Shown piece after piece: positions 29,905-39,524 of a stretch of 64,000 nucleotides of DNA. Position 1 is the first letter of the stretch; each line of letters opens with the position of its first letter. This stretch comes from an uncultured delta proteobacterium (GTDB lineage: Bacteria > Desulfobacterota > Binatia > UBA9968), in the NCBI GenBank assembly GCA_963771465.1, contig CAVYTU010000016.1, positions 125,317-189,316 of the forward strand, given 5' to 3'. Under the pieces are notes generated by a model. The model had not been told where the DNA came from and did no database searches. It was given only the letters and a program-made list of their open reading frames with translations. Both the position numbers and the translations under genes were made by a program.

Positions 29905-31350
29905 ATGAACAACGTGGATTCTCTCGCCATTCTGATCGATTTCGGCAGCACCTTTACCAAAGTTACAGCGGTCGATTTGTCCAATGCGCAAGTCCTGGGC
30001 CGCAGTCAAGCGCCGTCCACCGTGCTGACGGACGTGCGCGAAGGATTGCTGCAAGGGTTACAAAGCTTGCATGAACGCCATTCGGTGTTTCGCACCGTGC
30101 CCAAAGACCTGAGCGTGCTCGACGGCCACGTCGTGCTCGCCTCGAGCAGCGCGGCGGGCGGATTGCGCATCGTCGTCGTCGGCAATGTGCCCGGTTTGAC
30201 GGTGGAAGCGGCAAATCAAGCCGCGCTCGGCGCGGGCGCGAAAATCGTCGGCTCGTCGTCGTTTAAATTAACCGACGCCAAGAGCAAGGAAGTTGAAACG
30301 CTGCGGCCCGATATGATTCTCCTCACCGGCGGCGTCGATGGCGGCGACTCGGAGACCATTCTCCACAACGCGCGCACTCTGGCACATTCGCCTCTCGACG
30401 TGCCCATCGTCGTCGGCGGCAATCGTGCCGCGGTGGACGAAGTCGTCGGTGTTCTCAAACAAGCCGGTAAGGAAGTTCGCCTCGTCGACAACGTCATGCC
30501 CAAGGCCGGCACCCTCGCGGTGGAATCAGCGCGCGAAGCGATCCGCGAACTTTTTATGGAACGCATTACCCACGCCAAGGGACTCGACGCGCTTCAGGGG
30601 ACCGTCCCGGTGGTGTTGCCGACGCCGATGGCGGTGATTCAAGGCGTGCGCCTCGGCGCCGATGGCACGGCAGCTGAAAAAGGTTGGGGCGACATGTTGC
30701 TTGTCGACGTCGGCGGCGCGACGACCGACGTTCATTCCATCGGCTACGGGCATCCGGCCGGCGAGAACGTCATCGCGCAGGGATTGGCCGAGCCCTACGC
30801 CAAGCGCACAGTGGAAGGCGATCTTGGCATTCGCTTCAATGCGGCGACGATCGTCGCCCGCGTGGGTTTGGAAAAGCTCACTGAAGATTTGCGCCGTGAT
30901 TTTCGCAACGTCGCAGTGGAGAGCGAACAGCTTGGCGCCTACATTGAATTAATCGGTAGTGAGACCGGTACCGTGCCGCAAGAGCCGTGGCATCTTGCGG
31001 CTGACGCGGTATTGGCGCGCACCGCAGTCGATCTCGCGGTGGACCGACACGTCGGTCGGCGTGAAAGAATCGTCGCCCGCGAGGGCGAAACGTGGGTGCA
31101 CTCGGGCAAGGACATGCGCGACACGCACACGTTGATCGGCACCGGCGGCGTGTTCGTACACAATCCTCATGCCACCTATATTCTTACGCAGCAGCCGAAC
31201 CCCGATGATCGCGTCCAACCGCTGCGGCCGCGCGATCCAAATAGATTTTTGGATGCTACTTATCAACTGTACGCCGTCGGCTTGCTCTCCGAGAGCCGTC
31301 CCGACGTGGCGTTCAAGTTGTTTCAGCGCTACGTCACTCCGGTGGGTTGA
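29905..31350 (+). CDS. glmL: Glutamate/methylaspartate mutase accessory protein GlmL (MutL), ASKHA ATPase reactivase
   Basis: IDFGSTFTK, SSSAAGGL, ALGAGA, LTGGVDGG, VDVGGATTDVHS, KRTVEGDLG and IGTGG motifs. Confidence 0.88.
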   Translation: MNNVDSLAILIDFGSTFTKVTAVDLSNAQVLGRSQAPSTVLTDVREGLLQGLQSLHERHSVFRTVPKDLSVLDGHVVLASSSAAGGLRIVVVGNVPGLTVEAANQAALGAGAKIVGSSSFKLTDAKSKEVETLRPDMILLTGGVDGGDSETILHNARTLAHSPLDVPIVVGGNRAAVDEVVGVLKQAGKEVRLVDNVMPKAGTLAVESAREAIRELFMERITHAKGLDALQGTVPVVLPTPMAVIQGVRLGADGTAAEKGWGDMLLVDVGGATTDVHSIGYGHPAGENVIAQGLAEPYAKRTVEGDLGIRFNAATIVARVGLEKLTEDLRRDFRNVAVESEQLGAYIELIGSETGTVPQEPWHLAADAVLARTAVDLAVDRHVGRRERIVAREGETWVHSGKDMRDTHTLIGTGGVFVHNPHATYILTQQPNPDDRVQPLRPRDPNRFLDATYQLYAVGLLSESRPDVAFKLFQRYVTPVG

Positions 31351-31415
31351 CTGCGAATTCGTAGCGCCAGTGAATTTGGCTTTTCCGGCGCAACTCTTCG
31401 CGGCTGCCTTTCGCC

Positions 31416-32291
31416 TTAACTGACCCGCGCCGCGACTTCCGCTAACCGTTCCAGTTGATCCAGATCTTCGGCGCACGGACGCAGGATGAATTCATTGACG
31501 CCCATGCCGGCTTGGCGTTTGATCGATTCCTGCACCGCTTCTGGGGAAGCTGGCAGCGACAGCAAACGCTTCGCGGCGAGTTCCGGATTGTAACCGTAAT
31601 TGTGGTTAATGTATTTGGCGGCTTGATCTTGCGCATTTGGCCCAAGGGCGAAATAACTGGCACCGACCCAGCGTGGTTGGCCTTGGCGCTGGTTGTCTTG
31701 CCACGATTGTAAGATGTCGCGCCACATTTTTTGCATCGCTTGCGGCTCGCCGCCTCCCGGCGCCATGTAGCCGTCGCCCCATTTGCCAATACGCGTTGCG
31801 ATCGCCGGCACGTAGCCGCCGATAAGCATTTCCGGACCGCCATGCCGGAATGCCGGAGGTCCGATCGGACCGGTGTTGTTCGACAACGCTTCTCCACCCC
31901 ACAGACGGCGCAGCAGGGCGAACTGTTCTTCCGAACGCCGGCCGCGTCGATGAAAATTCTCGCCGGCGGCGAGGTAGTCATTTTTACGCACACCGATGCC
32001 GACACCAAGGGTCAGCCGTCCCGCGGAGAGCGTGTCGACGGTCGCGGCTTGTCTGGCGAGCAGCGTCGTTTCTCTAGTCGGTCCGATGATGACGCTGGTC
32101 ATCAGTCTTATCCGACTAGTCGCGCCCGCCGCCATGGCGAGCAGCGCAAGCGGCTCGAGCGCTTGCGAAACGACTCGGTCGGTAACGACGAGACTAGAAA
32201 ACGGACCTCGTTCGGCGCGGGTGATCCATTCGAGCATTAACTCGCTGGTCGCTGACGCGATCCGGCTGGGTAATCCAAGTGCGATTCGCAT
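31416..32291 (-). CDS. LLM-class flavin-dependent oxidoreductase
   Basis: AGATSRIRL, ATVDTLSAGRLTLGVGIG and RGRRSEE motifs; GGAGG RBS. Confidence 0.9.
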   Translation of the reverse strand: MRIALGLPSRIASATSELMLEWITRAERGPFSSLVVTDRVVSQALEPLALLAMAAGATSRIRLMTSVIIGPTRETTLLARQAATVDTLSAGRLTLGVGIGVRKNDYLAAGENFHRRGRRSEEQFALLRRLWGGEALSNNTGPIGPPAFRHGGPEMLIGGYVPAIATRIGKWGDGYMAPGGGEPQAMQKMWRDILQSWQDNQRQGQPRWVGASYFALGPNAQDQAAKYINHNYGYNPELAAKRLLSLPASPEAVQESIKRQAGMGVNEFILRPCAEDLDQLERLAEVAARVS

Positions 32292-32396
32292 GAAGCCTCC
32301 GATATTTTTAACGGTGCGCCGACCTGAAGCGATTTTCAATCTCTATGGTAGATTTCCCACAGCTCGTTGCGTTAAGTGAATTGCCTATCCGAAGTC

Positions 32397-32474
32397 CGTC
32401 ATTCCCGCATGCTTTAAGCGGGAATCCAGGCGGGGCCGGATCTGGACCGCCGATAAAAACATTCGGGGGTGACG
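32397..32474. repeat. REP-like inverted doublet (GTCATTCCC family)
   Basis: CGTCATTCCCGC-ATGCTTTAA-GCGGGAATCCAG ... CTGGACC..GGTGACG. Confidence 0.75.
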
Positions 32475-32600
32475 CCTTTAAGAAAGTCTCATCGCTGATA
32501 TCGCGTAGCTTGCTGCGGCGTTGTTCATCTGCGCGACGTCGTCAATTATCTTGCCACGAATGGCCGAATCCTATAAAGAACATGGCTTCTGGAGATTACA

Positions 32601-33575
32601 ATGAATCGTCGCTACTTGGGTTTCATCATATCGGCATTTTTTCAACGGCTTTCTTTACCGGGGCTGCTGTTCGGCTCGCTGTTGTTGGCCAATCTTCTGC
32701 TGGGCGACGGCGCGCTCGCGCAGGTGGGAAGCAAGAGTGATTCGCGCGCCATCGTATTAGGGCTGATTTCCGAGGTCAATCAGTCGGCCCTCGAAGCACA
32801 GTTTCGCGACTTCGTCCGCTACGTTGCCCGCCGGCTAGCGATGGGACCGGAAAGCGACGCCAAAGTGATCATTGCCCCGACGGCTTTCGAGCTGGTTAAA
32901 CATTTGGAGCAGCGGCGCGTCGACTTTTACATGGAGAGCGCTTATCCGACGTACACGATTAACTATGTCCACAACGCCGGCAAAACATTGCTCCGGCGTT
33001 GGAAGGGCGGCGTAGCTGAGTACCAAAGCCTGATCATCACCAAACGCGACAGCGGCGTGAAGGGGCTCGCCGACTTGCGCGGTAAGACGATGATCTTCGA
33101 AGATCCCGGCTCGACTTCTGGGTATCTCATGCCGAAACTATTCCTCGCGCGCAACGGCTTTAAACTCGCCGAGAAGCGCGGCTTCGACGCCAACGCGTCG
33201 CCGGCGGATATCACCTATACGTTTGCAAATTCTCGACGCAAGCTGCTTGAGTCGGTACTCAACAAACAAGTCGCCGCCGGCGCCATCAGCGACGACGACT
33301 ACGCTAGACTCGATGGCGCGAGCAAGTCCGACATCGCGGTGCTGGCGCAGACCGAAAGGTTGCCGCGCCATCTGGTGTCGGTGCGCGCCGATCTATCACA
33401 GCAAACCGTGGCTCGGCTGCATGATATTTTGATCGCGATACACGACGACCCGGAAGGGCAAAAGATTCTCAAAAAAACCGATCAGACGACGAAGTTTGAC
33501 CGGCTACCCGGAGGCGAAGAAGCCTTACGCAAGCGGCTGTTGGATAGTTTTTTCTCCCCTGAACGGGCGAAGTAA
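32601..33575 (+). CDS. PhnD/PtxB-like phosphate/phosphite/phosphonate substrate-binding protein
   Basis: YQSLII, DLRGKT..EDPGSTSGYLMP motifs; GGAG RBS. Confidence 0.88.
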   Translation: MNRRYLGFIISAFFQRLSLPGLLFGSLLLANLLLGDGALAQVGSKSDSRAIVLGLISEVNQSALEAQFRDFVRYVARRLAMGPESDAKVIIAPTAFELVKHLEQRRVDFYMESAYPTYTINYVHNAGKTLLRRWKGGVAEYQSLIITKRDSGVKGLADLRGKTMIFEDPGSTSGYLMPKLFLARNGFKLAEKRGFDANASPADITYTFANSRRKLLESVLNKQVAAGAISDDDYARLDGASKSDIAVLAQTERLPRHLVSVRADLSQQTVARLHDILIAIHDDPEGQKILKKTDQTTKFDRLPGGEEALRKRLLDSFFSPERAK

Positions 33576-33632
33576 TCCCCCACCGGCCAATAAAACGGCA
33601 AAGGTGGCGCGCATCCCGATTGAATGGATCGC

Positions 33633-33821
33633 TTAGGGGACCAGCGCGAGGGCTAACTCAAGAACATTCCGGGCGTGGAGGATGCCTTTGCGAAAGCGTT
33701 CTTTGGCGGCCTTTTCGCTGTTGTCATCGCCGTGGGCCATGGTGAATTCGTTAAAGAAAACTTTATACAGCGTTTCCACGGTGTCGCCGTGAGCGCGCTT
33801 GATCAGATCCTGTTCGCTCAT
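33633..33821 (-). CDS. Small helical hypothetical protein
   Basis: AAGGAGG RBS; downstream of the Rieske gene on the same strand. Confidence 0.7.
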   Translation of the reverse strand: MSEQDLIKRAHGDTVETLYKVFFNEFTMAHGDDNSEKAAKERFRKGILHARNVLELALALVP

Positions 33822-33882
33822 CTGTTCTTCCTCCTTCTTTGGCTATTTGGGTGCGCGAAAGTGCGCATCGATCGCTTATCGT

Positions 33883-35016
33883 TCAACCCAGCGCGTCGAT
33901 CTCCGCCATGCTGGCGTCGAAAGTGATCCGTTCATTCTGCTCCGGCTGGCGCAGCGTCCAGAAGGGATCTTTGCCGGCGCGCACGGCTTCTATCGATTCC
34001 AAAATTAAATTGCGCAGCAAGATGACGCCTTCGTCGGCGGCGCCGAGGTGTTCTTTGCTGCGGTCGTAGATGTCGCCTTGGCTTTCCTGGGCGACGCGGT
34101 CTTGATCATGCGAGGCGATGCCCCACCAGCCGTCGTCAACGCGCGTATAAACTCCCGGCTTGTCGTCTTCGAAGCCGATGGTTTTTTGCACCAGCGGGTT
34201 GCCTCGCTCGGCTTCCGTGTAGGGTGTGAAGCGCAGCCAAAATGTCGTCGTCTTGGTGTCGTCCGTCGGCACGCGAAAACGAATCGCATGATCGGGGATG
34301 CGCCCTTTGCGCGCGGTGGTGTGGCGCGTGTGCGAGGGAAAGACCCAGTGCGAATGTTTCGGCTTGGACACCCCCGGCACGTGCATAGTGATCTTGGCGC
34401 CGTAGGCGGTTTTCTCCCAGCCGATCTCCGGCCGCTTGAGCGCCATATGCGGATATTCCGGCGCGTGCAGGGCGACCAGGTGAGTTTGGTCTACCGAGTT
34501 CTCCGCGCGCTGAAGCCAATTGCAATATTCCGTGCCGGCACCGATGACGCGTTCGCCGTTTTCTTCAAGCAGCAAATCATAGCGCGGCATGAGCGGCGCG
34601 GGATCGGGGCCGATGTAAGCGAAGATGAAACCGCCGAGTTCTTGAACTTTGTACGCCGGGTGTTTGATGCGGTCCTTGAACGTGCTGTCGGCTGGTTCCG
34701 CCGGCTGATCCAAACACTTGCCGCTAATATCATAGAGCCAGCCGTGATAGCAGCAGCGAATGCCTTGCGCTTCCACCCGGCCGAATTCCAACGACGTGCC
34801 GCGATGCGAACAGTGCAAATCGACCATGCCAAGCCGCCCACGGCCGTCGCGAAAGAGAACAAAATCCTCGCCGAGCAGTTTAGCGCGGACGGGTCTGCCT
34901 TCGACTTTTACATGTTCGGTGAATCCCACCGGCCACCAGTAACGGCGCAACATTTCGCCGGCCGGCGTGCCGGGGCTCACTCTTGTTATGATTTGGTTTT
35001 CTTCGCGCGATAGCAT
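33883..35016 (-). CDS. Rieske oxygenase alpha subunit
   Basis: CSHRG..CCYHGW, ENSVDQTHLVALH and DQDRVAQESQG motifs. Confidence 0.92.
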   Translation of the reverse strand: MLSREENQIITRVSPGTPAGEMLRRYWWPVGFTEHVKVEGRPVRAKLLGEDFVLFRDGRGRLGMVDLHCSHRGTSLEFGRVEAQGIRCCYHGWLYDISGKCLDQPAEPADSTFKDRIKHPAYKVQELGGFIFAYIGPDPAPLMPRYDLLLEENGERVIGAGTEYCNWLQRAENSVDQTHLVALHAPEYPHMALKRPEIGWEKTAYGAKITMHVPGVSKPKHSHWVFPSHTRHTTARKGRIPDHAIRFRVPTDDTKTTTFWLRFTPYTEAERGNPLVQKTIGFEDDKPGVYTRVDDGWWGIASHDQDRVAQESQGDIYDRSKEHLGAADEGVILLRNLILESIEAVRAGKDPFWTLRQPEQNERITFDASMAEIDALG

Positions 35017-35029
35017 CCCACTTGCTCCC

Positions 35030-35092
35030 TGTTCAAAACGTTCAAATCGTTCAAGCCGTTCAAAACGTTCGAGTAGGTCGATTCGTTCAAGA
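35030..35092. repeat. Family A 9-bp tandem repeat, 7 units
   Basis: TGTTCAAAA CGTTCAAAT CGTTCAAGC CGTTCAAAA CGTTCGAGT AGGTCGATT CGTTCAAGA. Confidence 0.88.
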
Positions 35093-35097
35093 CGATA

Positions 35098-36189
35098 TCA
35101 TGACCCTTTGAGGATCTTCGCCAACTCTTCCTTGAACTGTAACCCTTCGGCGTCCTCGTTCTTGAGATAATAACTGATGGAAAGCTTTGGCTCTTGCACG
35201 GACACTTTGTTCTCGCGCAAATACTTTTGCATCAGCGTGCCCTCGACCAGGTGCGAGCTGCGCGATTCATGCTTCTGAATAATCGCTTGGGCGTCCTGAG
35301 TTGCCATGAAGGCGCAGAAGAGTTTGGCCAGGTTGGGATGGACGGCGCTTTTCGGCGTGCTCAGTTGGAAATAGTCGGTGTTGATCGGCGTCACGCCGGG
35401 GACGGCGACCAAGGGCGCGCCTTTGGCTTGCCACGTCCACATGGCGCCGAGGGAATCGCCGAGGTTCGCCATGATCGGAAACTCGCCGCTAACGATCCGT
35501 TCTTCTTCGCTGTAGCGCAGCCGGCCGCCGCTGATGGCGACCAGTTTGCGCGTGAAGTCTTTGACTTTTTCCGTGCCCCAGACCAGCGACAACTCGGCGA
35601 GCCAAGCGACGTAGGGTGGAATCGCGATCTTGCCGGCCCACGCCGGACTCAACTTTGGATCGATCAGATCGGCGTAGTTCTTCGGCGTTTTGTCTTTCGG
35701 GATCAGGTTGCTGTTGTAGATGATGCCATTGGGCGAGGTGTAAACGAGCACCGCTTCATTGGGAAATATTTCCATCTCTTTGGTCACCCAGGGAAACAGC
35801 CCTGCATAGTTGACCCTTTCCAGGGTATTTTCCTTGTGCATCAACGCTTGGTGCGACTGCGAGCCGAGGAAAATATCAGACGATGCTTTGCGGCCGGATT
35901 TAATTTCGGTGATATGGCGCGCCGCGCGCGCATTCATGTCCGGGCCGGCCGCGAAATTGATTTTGGCTTTCAAACCGAAGCGTTTGTTAAACGCCGCTTC
36001 CAGATCGGCGAGTCCTTTGCGTCCGCCAAAGGTCTGCGCGCCGGCGACGAAGGTAATCTCGTCTTCGTTCTTCGCCGCTGCGATCAGCGACTGCATGGTC
36101 TCGGCGGCGCTCAAGTAGGAGGCGCTCAATAGGATTAGCGAAAGTAGTGCGAAGCTCACTGGGAAAACTCTGGTGAGGGATTGCTTCAT
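35098..36189 (-). CDS. Extracellular solute-binding protein (Fe/thiamine/AfuA-like)
   Basis: Signal peptide; LIAAAKNE, IIYNSNL..PKNYADLIDPK and AVHPNLAKLF motifs; GGAGG RBS. Confidence 0.88.
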   Translation of the reverse strand: MKQSLTRVFPVSFALLSLILLSASYLSAAETMQSLIAAAKNEDEITFVAGAQTFGGRKGLADLEAAFNKRFGLKAKINFAAGPDMNARAARHITEIKSGRKASSDIFLGSQSHQALMHKENTLERVNYAGLFPWVTKEMEIFPNEAVLVYTSPNGIIYNSNLIPKDKTPKNYADLIDPKLSPAWAGKIAIPPYVAWLAELSLVWGTEKVKDFTRKLVAISGGRLRYSEEERIVSGEFPIMANLGDSLGAMWTWQAKGAPLVAVPGVTPINTDYFQLSTPKSAVHPNLAKLFCAFMATQDAQAIIQKHESRSSHLVEGTLMQKYLRENKVSVQEPKLSISYYLKNEDAEGLQFKEELAKILKGS

Positions 36190-36247
36190 ACCAACCTCCG
36201 AAGTGTGGCCGTTCAAAGATTCACGCCTTGAGTCAGGCGCGTGCCAT

Positions 36248-36339
36248 TTCGTCATTCCCGCGAACGCGGGAATCTAGACTTTCTTACTTGCAGGTCAAGT
36301 CGAACGAACCTGGATGCCGGCGTTCGCCGGCATGACGAA
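36248..36339. repeat. REP-like inverted doublet (GTCATTCCC family)
   Basis: TTCGTCATTCCCGCGAACGCGGGAATCTAG ... CTGGATGCCGGCGTTCGCCGGCATGACGAA. Confidence 0.88.
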
Positions 36340-36370
36340 TTGGAAAAATTCGCGATTAACAAAACATTTA

Positions 36371-37525
36371 TTACGCCACCTGGATTTCGCCGGGTACAAT
36401 CGTGATCATCTTGTTCTTTTCCGGATCGCGGACGACGCCGACGGGGTCCTGGCCGTTCTGCACGGCGTCGATGGATTCCTTGAACATGCGCCTGAGCAAG
36501 ATCACGCCTTCGTCCGAAACGCCGAGGTGTTCGCCGCTGCGGTCGAAGATCGGGCCTTGGCTTTCCTGGGCGCAGCGGTCCTGATCGCCGCGGGCGATCC
36601 AGCCGGTTTCTTGGTCCCAACGATACTTGCCGAGAATACTGTCGCCTAAACCTTCCGCTTGCTGGTCTTTGGGCATTTTCGCCGTGACTTTGCCGTCGAC
36701 GATGGGCGCGAAATAGAGCGTGAAGTGCATGGTATTCGTATCGTCCACCGGCACGCGCCAGCGCAGCGCCTCGTAGCCTTCGTGGGTCGCGGCGAAGGCG
36801 GCGGGATGATCTTCGTTCAAGTGGTAACCGACCTTGTTCATGTTGGGAAATAGGAAAAAACTCTTGGTCATGAACGAACCTTCGGCGACCGTGCGCGTGA
36901 ACGTCGCTTTGATGCCAAATTCGAAGGCATCGGAGGTGAGCTTCTCATCGCTCCAATCGCGCGTCTTGGGCGTGCGGTGCAGCCATTTGAAATGATGTTG
37001 ATCGACGCTGTTTTCCACCGTCTGCAAAAAGTTGCAGTGCATCACCCGTCCGGCCAGCGCGCGCACGCCGTCTTGGCGCACCATGACATCCCAGCGCGGC
37101 AACAGCGGCGCGGGCTCGGGGCCGAGGTAGGCGAAGAGGATGCCGCCAAGCTCTTCGAGTTTGTACGCTTTCTGCTTAATGCGGTCTTTGTAAGTGCTGT
37201 CCGGCGGCTCACCGGGCATCTGGAGAATTTTCCCGTCGACGTCGTAGAGCCAACCATGATAGCAGCAGCGTAGTCCGCCGTCTTCGATGTGGCCGAATTC
37301 GAGCGATGTGCCGCGGTGCGAGCAGCGCAGCGTGAGTAAACCGAGCTTGCCATGATCGTCGCGGAACATGACCAAGTCTTCGCCGAGCAGTCGGCGCCGA
37401 ATCGGCCGGCCTTTGAATTCGCTGGCGAACCCGATGGGATGCCAGTAGCGGCGCATCATTTCGCCGCCCGGCGTGCCGGGGCCGACGTGGGTGATCAGTT
37501 CGTTTTCGGCGACGCTGACGGACAT
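36371..37525 (-). CDS. Rieske oxygenase alpha subunit
   Basis: CSHRG..CCYHGW, ENSVDQHHFKWLH and DQDRCAQESQG motifs. Confidence 0.92.
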   Translation of the reverse strand: MSVSVAENELITHVGPGTPGGEMMRRYWHPIGFASEFKGRPIRRRLLGEDLVMFRDDHGKLGLLTLRCSHRGTSLEFGHIEDGGLRCCYHGWLYDVDGKILQMPGEPPDSTYKDRIKQKAYKLEELGGILFAYLGPEPAPLLPRWDVMVRQDGVRALAGRVMHCNFLQTVENSVDQHHFKWLHRTPKTRDWSDEKLTSDAFEFGIKATFTRTVAEGSFMTKSFFLFPNMNKVGYHLNEDHPAAFAATHEGYEALRWRVPVDDTNTMHFTLYFAPIVDGKVTAKMPKDQQAEGLGDSILGKYRWDQETGWIARGDQDRCAQESQGPIFDRSGEHLGVSDEGVILLRRMFKESIDAVQNGQDPVGVVRDPEKNKMITIVPGEIQVA

Positions 37526-37550
37526 GGCTGCGCTCTTAATTCATAAATCA

Positions 37551-37633
37551 GTCATACCGGCGAAAGCCGGTATCCAGATTGTAGTTAGTGGGGATGGGTT
37601 CGAAACCTGGATTTCGGCATGCGCCGGAATGAC
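37551..37633. repeat. REP-like inverted doublet (GTCAT family)
   Basis: GTCATACCGGCGAAAGCCGGTATCCAG ... CTGGATTTCGGCATGCGCCGGAATGAC. Confidence 0.88.
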
Positions 37634-37673
37634 GGAACGAAAATTTGAAGAAGTCTTTACGTGTTCGATGCAT

Positions 37674-38435
37674 CTAGTGGATTCCCTTTCGTTCCAAAAA
37701 TGCTTTGAAACCTTCGCGCGGCGAGTTGGCTTTCATCTTGCCTTTGCGCGCGTTGTGCTCGGCGTCGAAGCGTTCGCGATACTGGCTGCCCACACAGTCG
37801 TCGAGCAGCATCTTGATGCCCTGCACCATGCGCGGGTCGTTTTCGCTGATCAGTTTCGCCATGGCGATCGAGACGGCAAGTAATTCGCCACTCGGGACAA
37901 CTTGATTGAGCAGACCGATGCGCTCGGCTTCTTCAGCTCTGATCGGACGGCCGGTGTAGAGCAGCTCTTTGGCCTTTGGCAGGCCGACCACCAGCGGCAG
38001 CGACCAGGTAGAATTCGCTCGGCCATATTTGGCGGCGAGAAACTGGATTTCCGTGTTCTCGCAGCCGATGCGGATATCGAGCATGGTCGTTAACTGCGCG
38101 CCGGCGCCGTAAGCGATGCCGTTGATCGCGCCGATGATCGGTTTGGCAAAGGTCGCCAGATGCCAATTCATCTCGCGCCGCTTATCGCTGCGCGCGGCCA
38201 TCTCTTCGGGCGTCGATTTGACCATCTGCATGATGTCGCCGCCGGCGGAAAAGGCGCGCGGCCCGGCGCCGGTGAGAACGACACAGTTCACTTCGCTGTC
38301 GGTTTCTATCTTGCTCAACTCTTCGTCGAGTTCGGCGGCGAGCTCGTAGCTCATGGCGTTAAGTTTTTCCGGCCGGTTCAATGTGACAATCGCGACTTTG
38401 TCGCTGCGCTCAGTAAGAATGTTTTGATAGCTCAT
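37674..38435 (-). CDS. Enoyl-CoA hydratase/isomerase family protein
   Basis: TLNRPEKLNA, AFSAGGDI, KPIIGAINGIAYGAG and AKELLYTG motifs; AAGGAG RBS. Confidence 0.92.
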   Translation of the reverse strand: MSYQNILTERSDKVAIVTLNRPEKLNAMSYELAAELDEELSKIETDSEVNCVVLTGAGPRAFSAGGDIMQMVKSTPEEMAARSDKRREMNWHLATFAKPIIGAINGIAYGAGAQLTTMLDIRIGCENTEIQFLAAKYGRANSTWSLPLVVGLPKAKELLYTGRPIRAEEAERIGLLNQVVPSGELLAVSIAMAKLISENDPRMVQGIKMLLDDCVGSQYRERFDAEHNARKGKMKANSPREGFKAFLERKGIH

Positions 38436-38494
38436 ATTTGTCTCCTTCGTTGCCGGGCATTACAACAGAAAGCCGAAAAGATGGAAAGAGGACA

Positions 38495-38604
38495 TCGATG
38501 CGAGATCGAGACAAAGATAGAGACTGGAGAGTTGAGATAGGGACCGTCGGCTCCCAATCCCCTCAATCTCAAATCTCTATCTCGATTCTCGATCTTATTT
38601 CTCA
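38495..38604. repeat. Inverted repeat with GAGAT/ATCTC periodic arms
   Basis: GAGATCGAGACAAAGATAGAGACTGGAGAGTTGAGAT ... CTCAATCTCAAATCTCTATCTCGATTCTCGATCTT. Confidence 0.72.
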
Positions 38605-39386
38605 TTAGGCGCGCACCGGCTCGTAAACTATCGCTTGCTTCACCGCGGCGTCGATCTGTGTGGCCATGGGATTTTTTTATTTCTTCGGCGATATGGCCGA
38701 TGGCGCCGAGGGTGCGGCCGACTAACGCGAAGGCTTTGCTGATTTGCCACGGGTAACCCATGTCGAGAGCAATGGCAGCGATGGCGCCAGTAACGTTTAC
38801 GGGAATCAAGCGTTTACGTCTCTCACTGGAGAGTTTCGACAGGTGCTGGATTAGCTCGCAGTACTTTCCATAGACGCCGGTGTCTTTGGCGATATTGAAC
38901 AACGTCTCGGCACGCGGGTCGCCTTCGGCGTGAGTTCTATGGCCAATGCCCGGCATGCGCTGTTTGCGGGTGGTGTAGTCGTCGATAATTTTTGTCGCGA
39001 TCTCATCGTAGGCAGGATTCTGCGTGTCGGTGGGCAGGGCGTCGACGAGCATTTTTGCCGACCATTCCGACGATCCTAGGTGCACACTGCCGGCACCGCA
39101 CAGCGCCGCGGCGACCGCGGCTTGCATCGCTTCCGGCGCGCAGTGATAAATTAAACGCGCGGCGATGACGTGGGACACCATGCCATGCTCGACCAGTATG
39201 ATCATCAGCGCGTCGAGCATCTTCGCTTCATTGGCGGTCGGCAGTCGGCCGCGTAGTATGAGCGAGGTCATATCGGTAAACGTGATCTTGCCGACCACTT
39301 CCTTTTTCAAATCGTAGCCGCGCACGAGGATGCGGTGCAGCTCTGCATTTGCCGATACCGGTGACAAGCTTCGCTGGTTCTGACAT
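38605..39386 (-). CDS. Citryl-CoA lyase / citrate synthase-fold lyase, two homopolymer frameshifts
   Basis: GGAGG RBS; VRGYDL, LVEHG, GSVHLG, PGIGH..DPR and PVNVTGA motifs; indels at A/T runs near 39349 and 38672. Confidence 0.85.
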
Positions 39387-39524
39387 TTTCTTTTCCTCCA
39401 CAGAATAAGATGTGCTGGCTTGGATATAGGCCAGGCGGCCCGCGGCGGTCAACCGCGGTTGGTTTATTTCCCCAAATTTTCTGCGTAGAATGCGCCGACA
39501 CCAAGATGAGGTAATAAGCTTTCA

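Noticed and set aside
29905-31350. DNA mismatch repair MutL
   Set aside because: Name coincidence only: the motifs are ASKHA/GlmL, not GHKL ATPase.
32601-33575. Phosphonate (phn) or phosphite (ptx) utilisation operon
   Set aside because: Only the binding protein is present; there is no phnCE, C-P lyase or ptxD.
35030-35092. CRISPR or guide-RNA array
   Set aside because: Units are 9 bp with no unique spacers, and no cas or other nuclease gene is nearby.
38432-38604. C-terminal extension of the citryl-CoA lyase ORF, and ORF 6794-7312
   Set aside because: These are translations through intergenic hairpin elements (the lyase one follows a frameshift).
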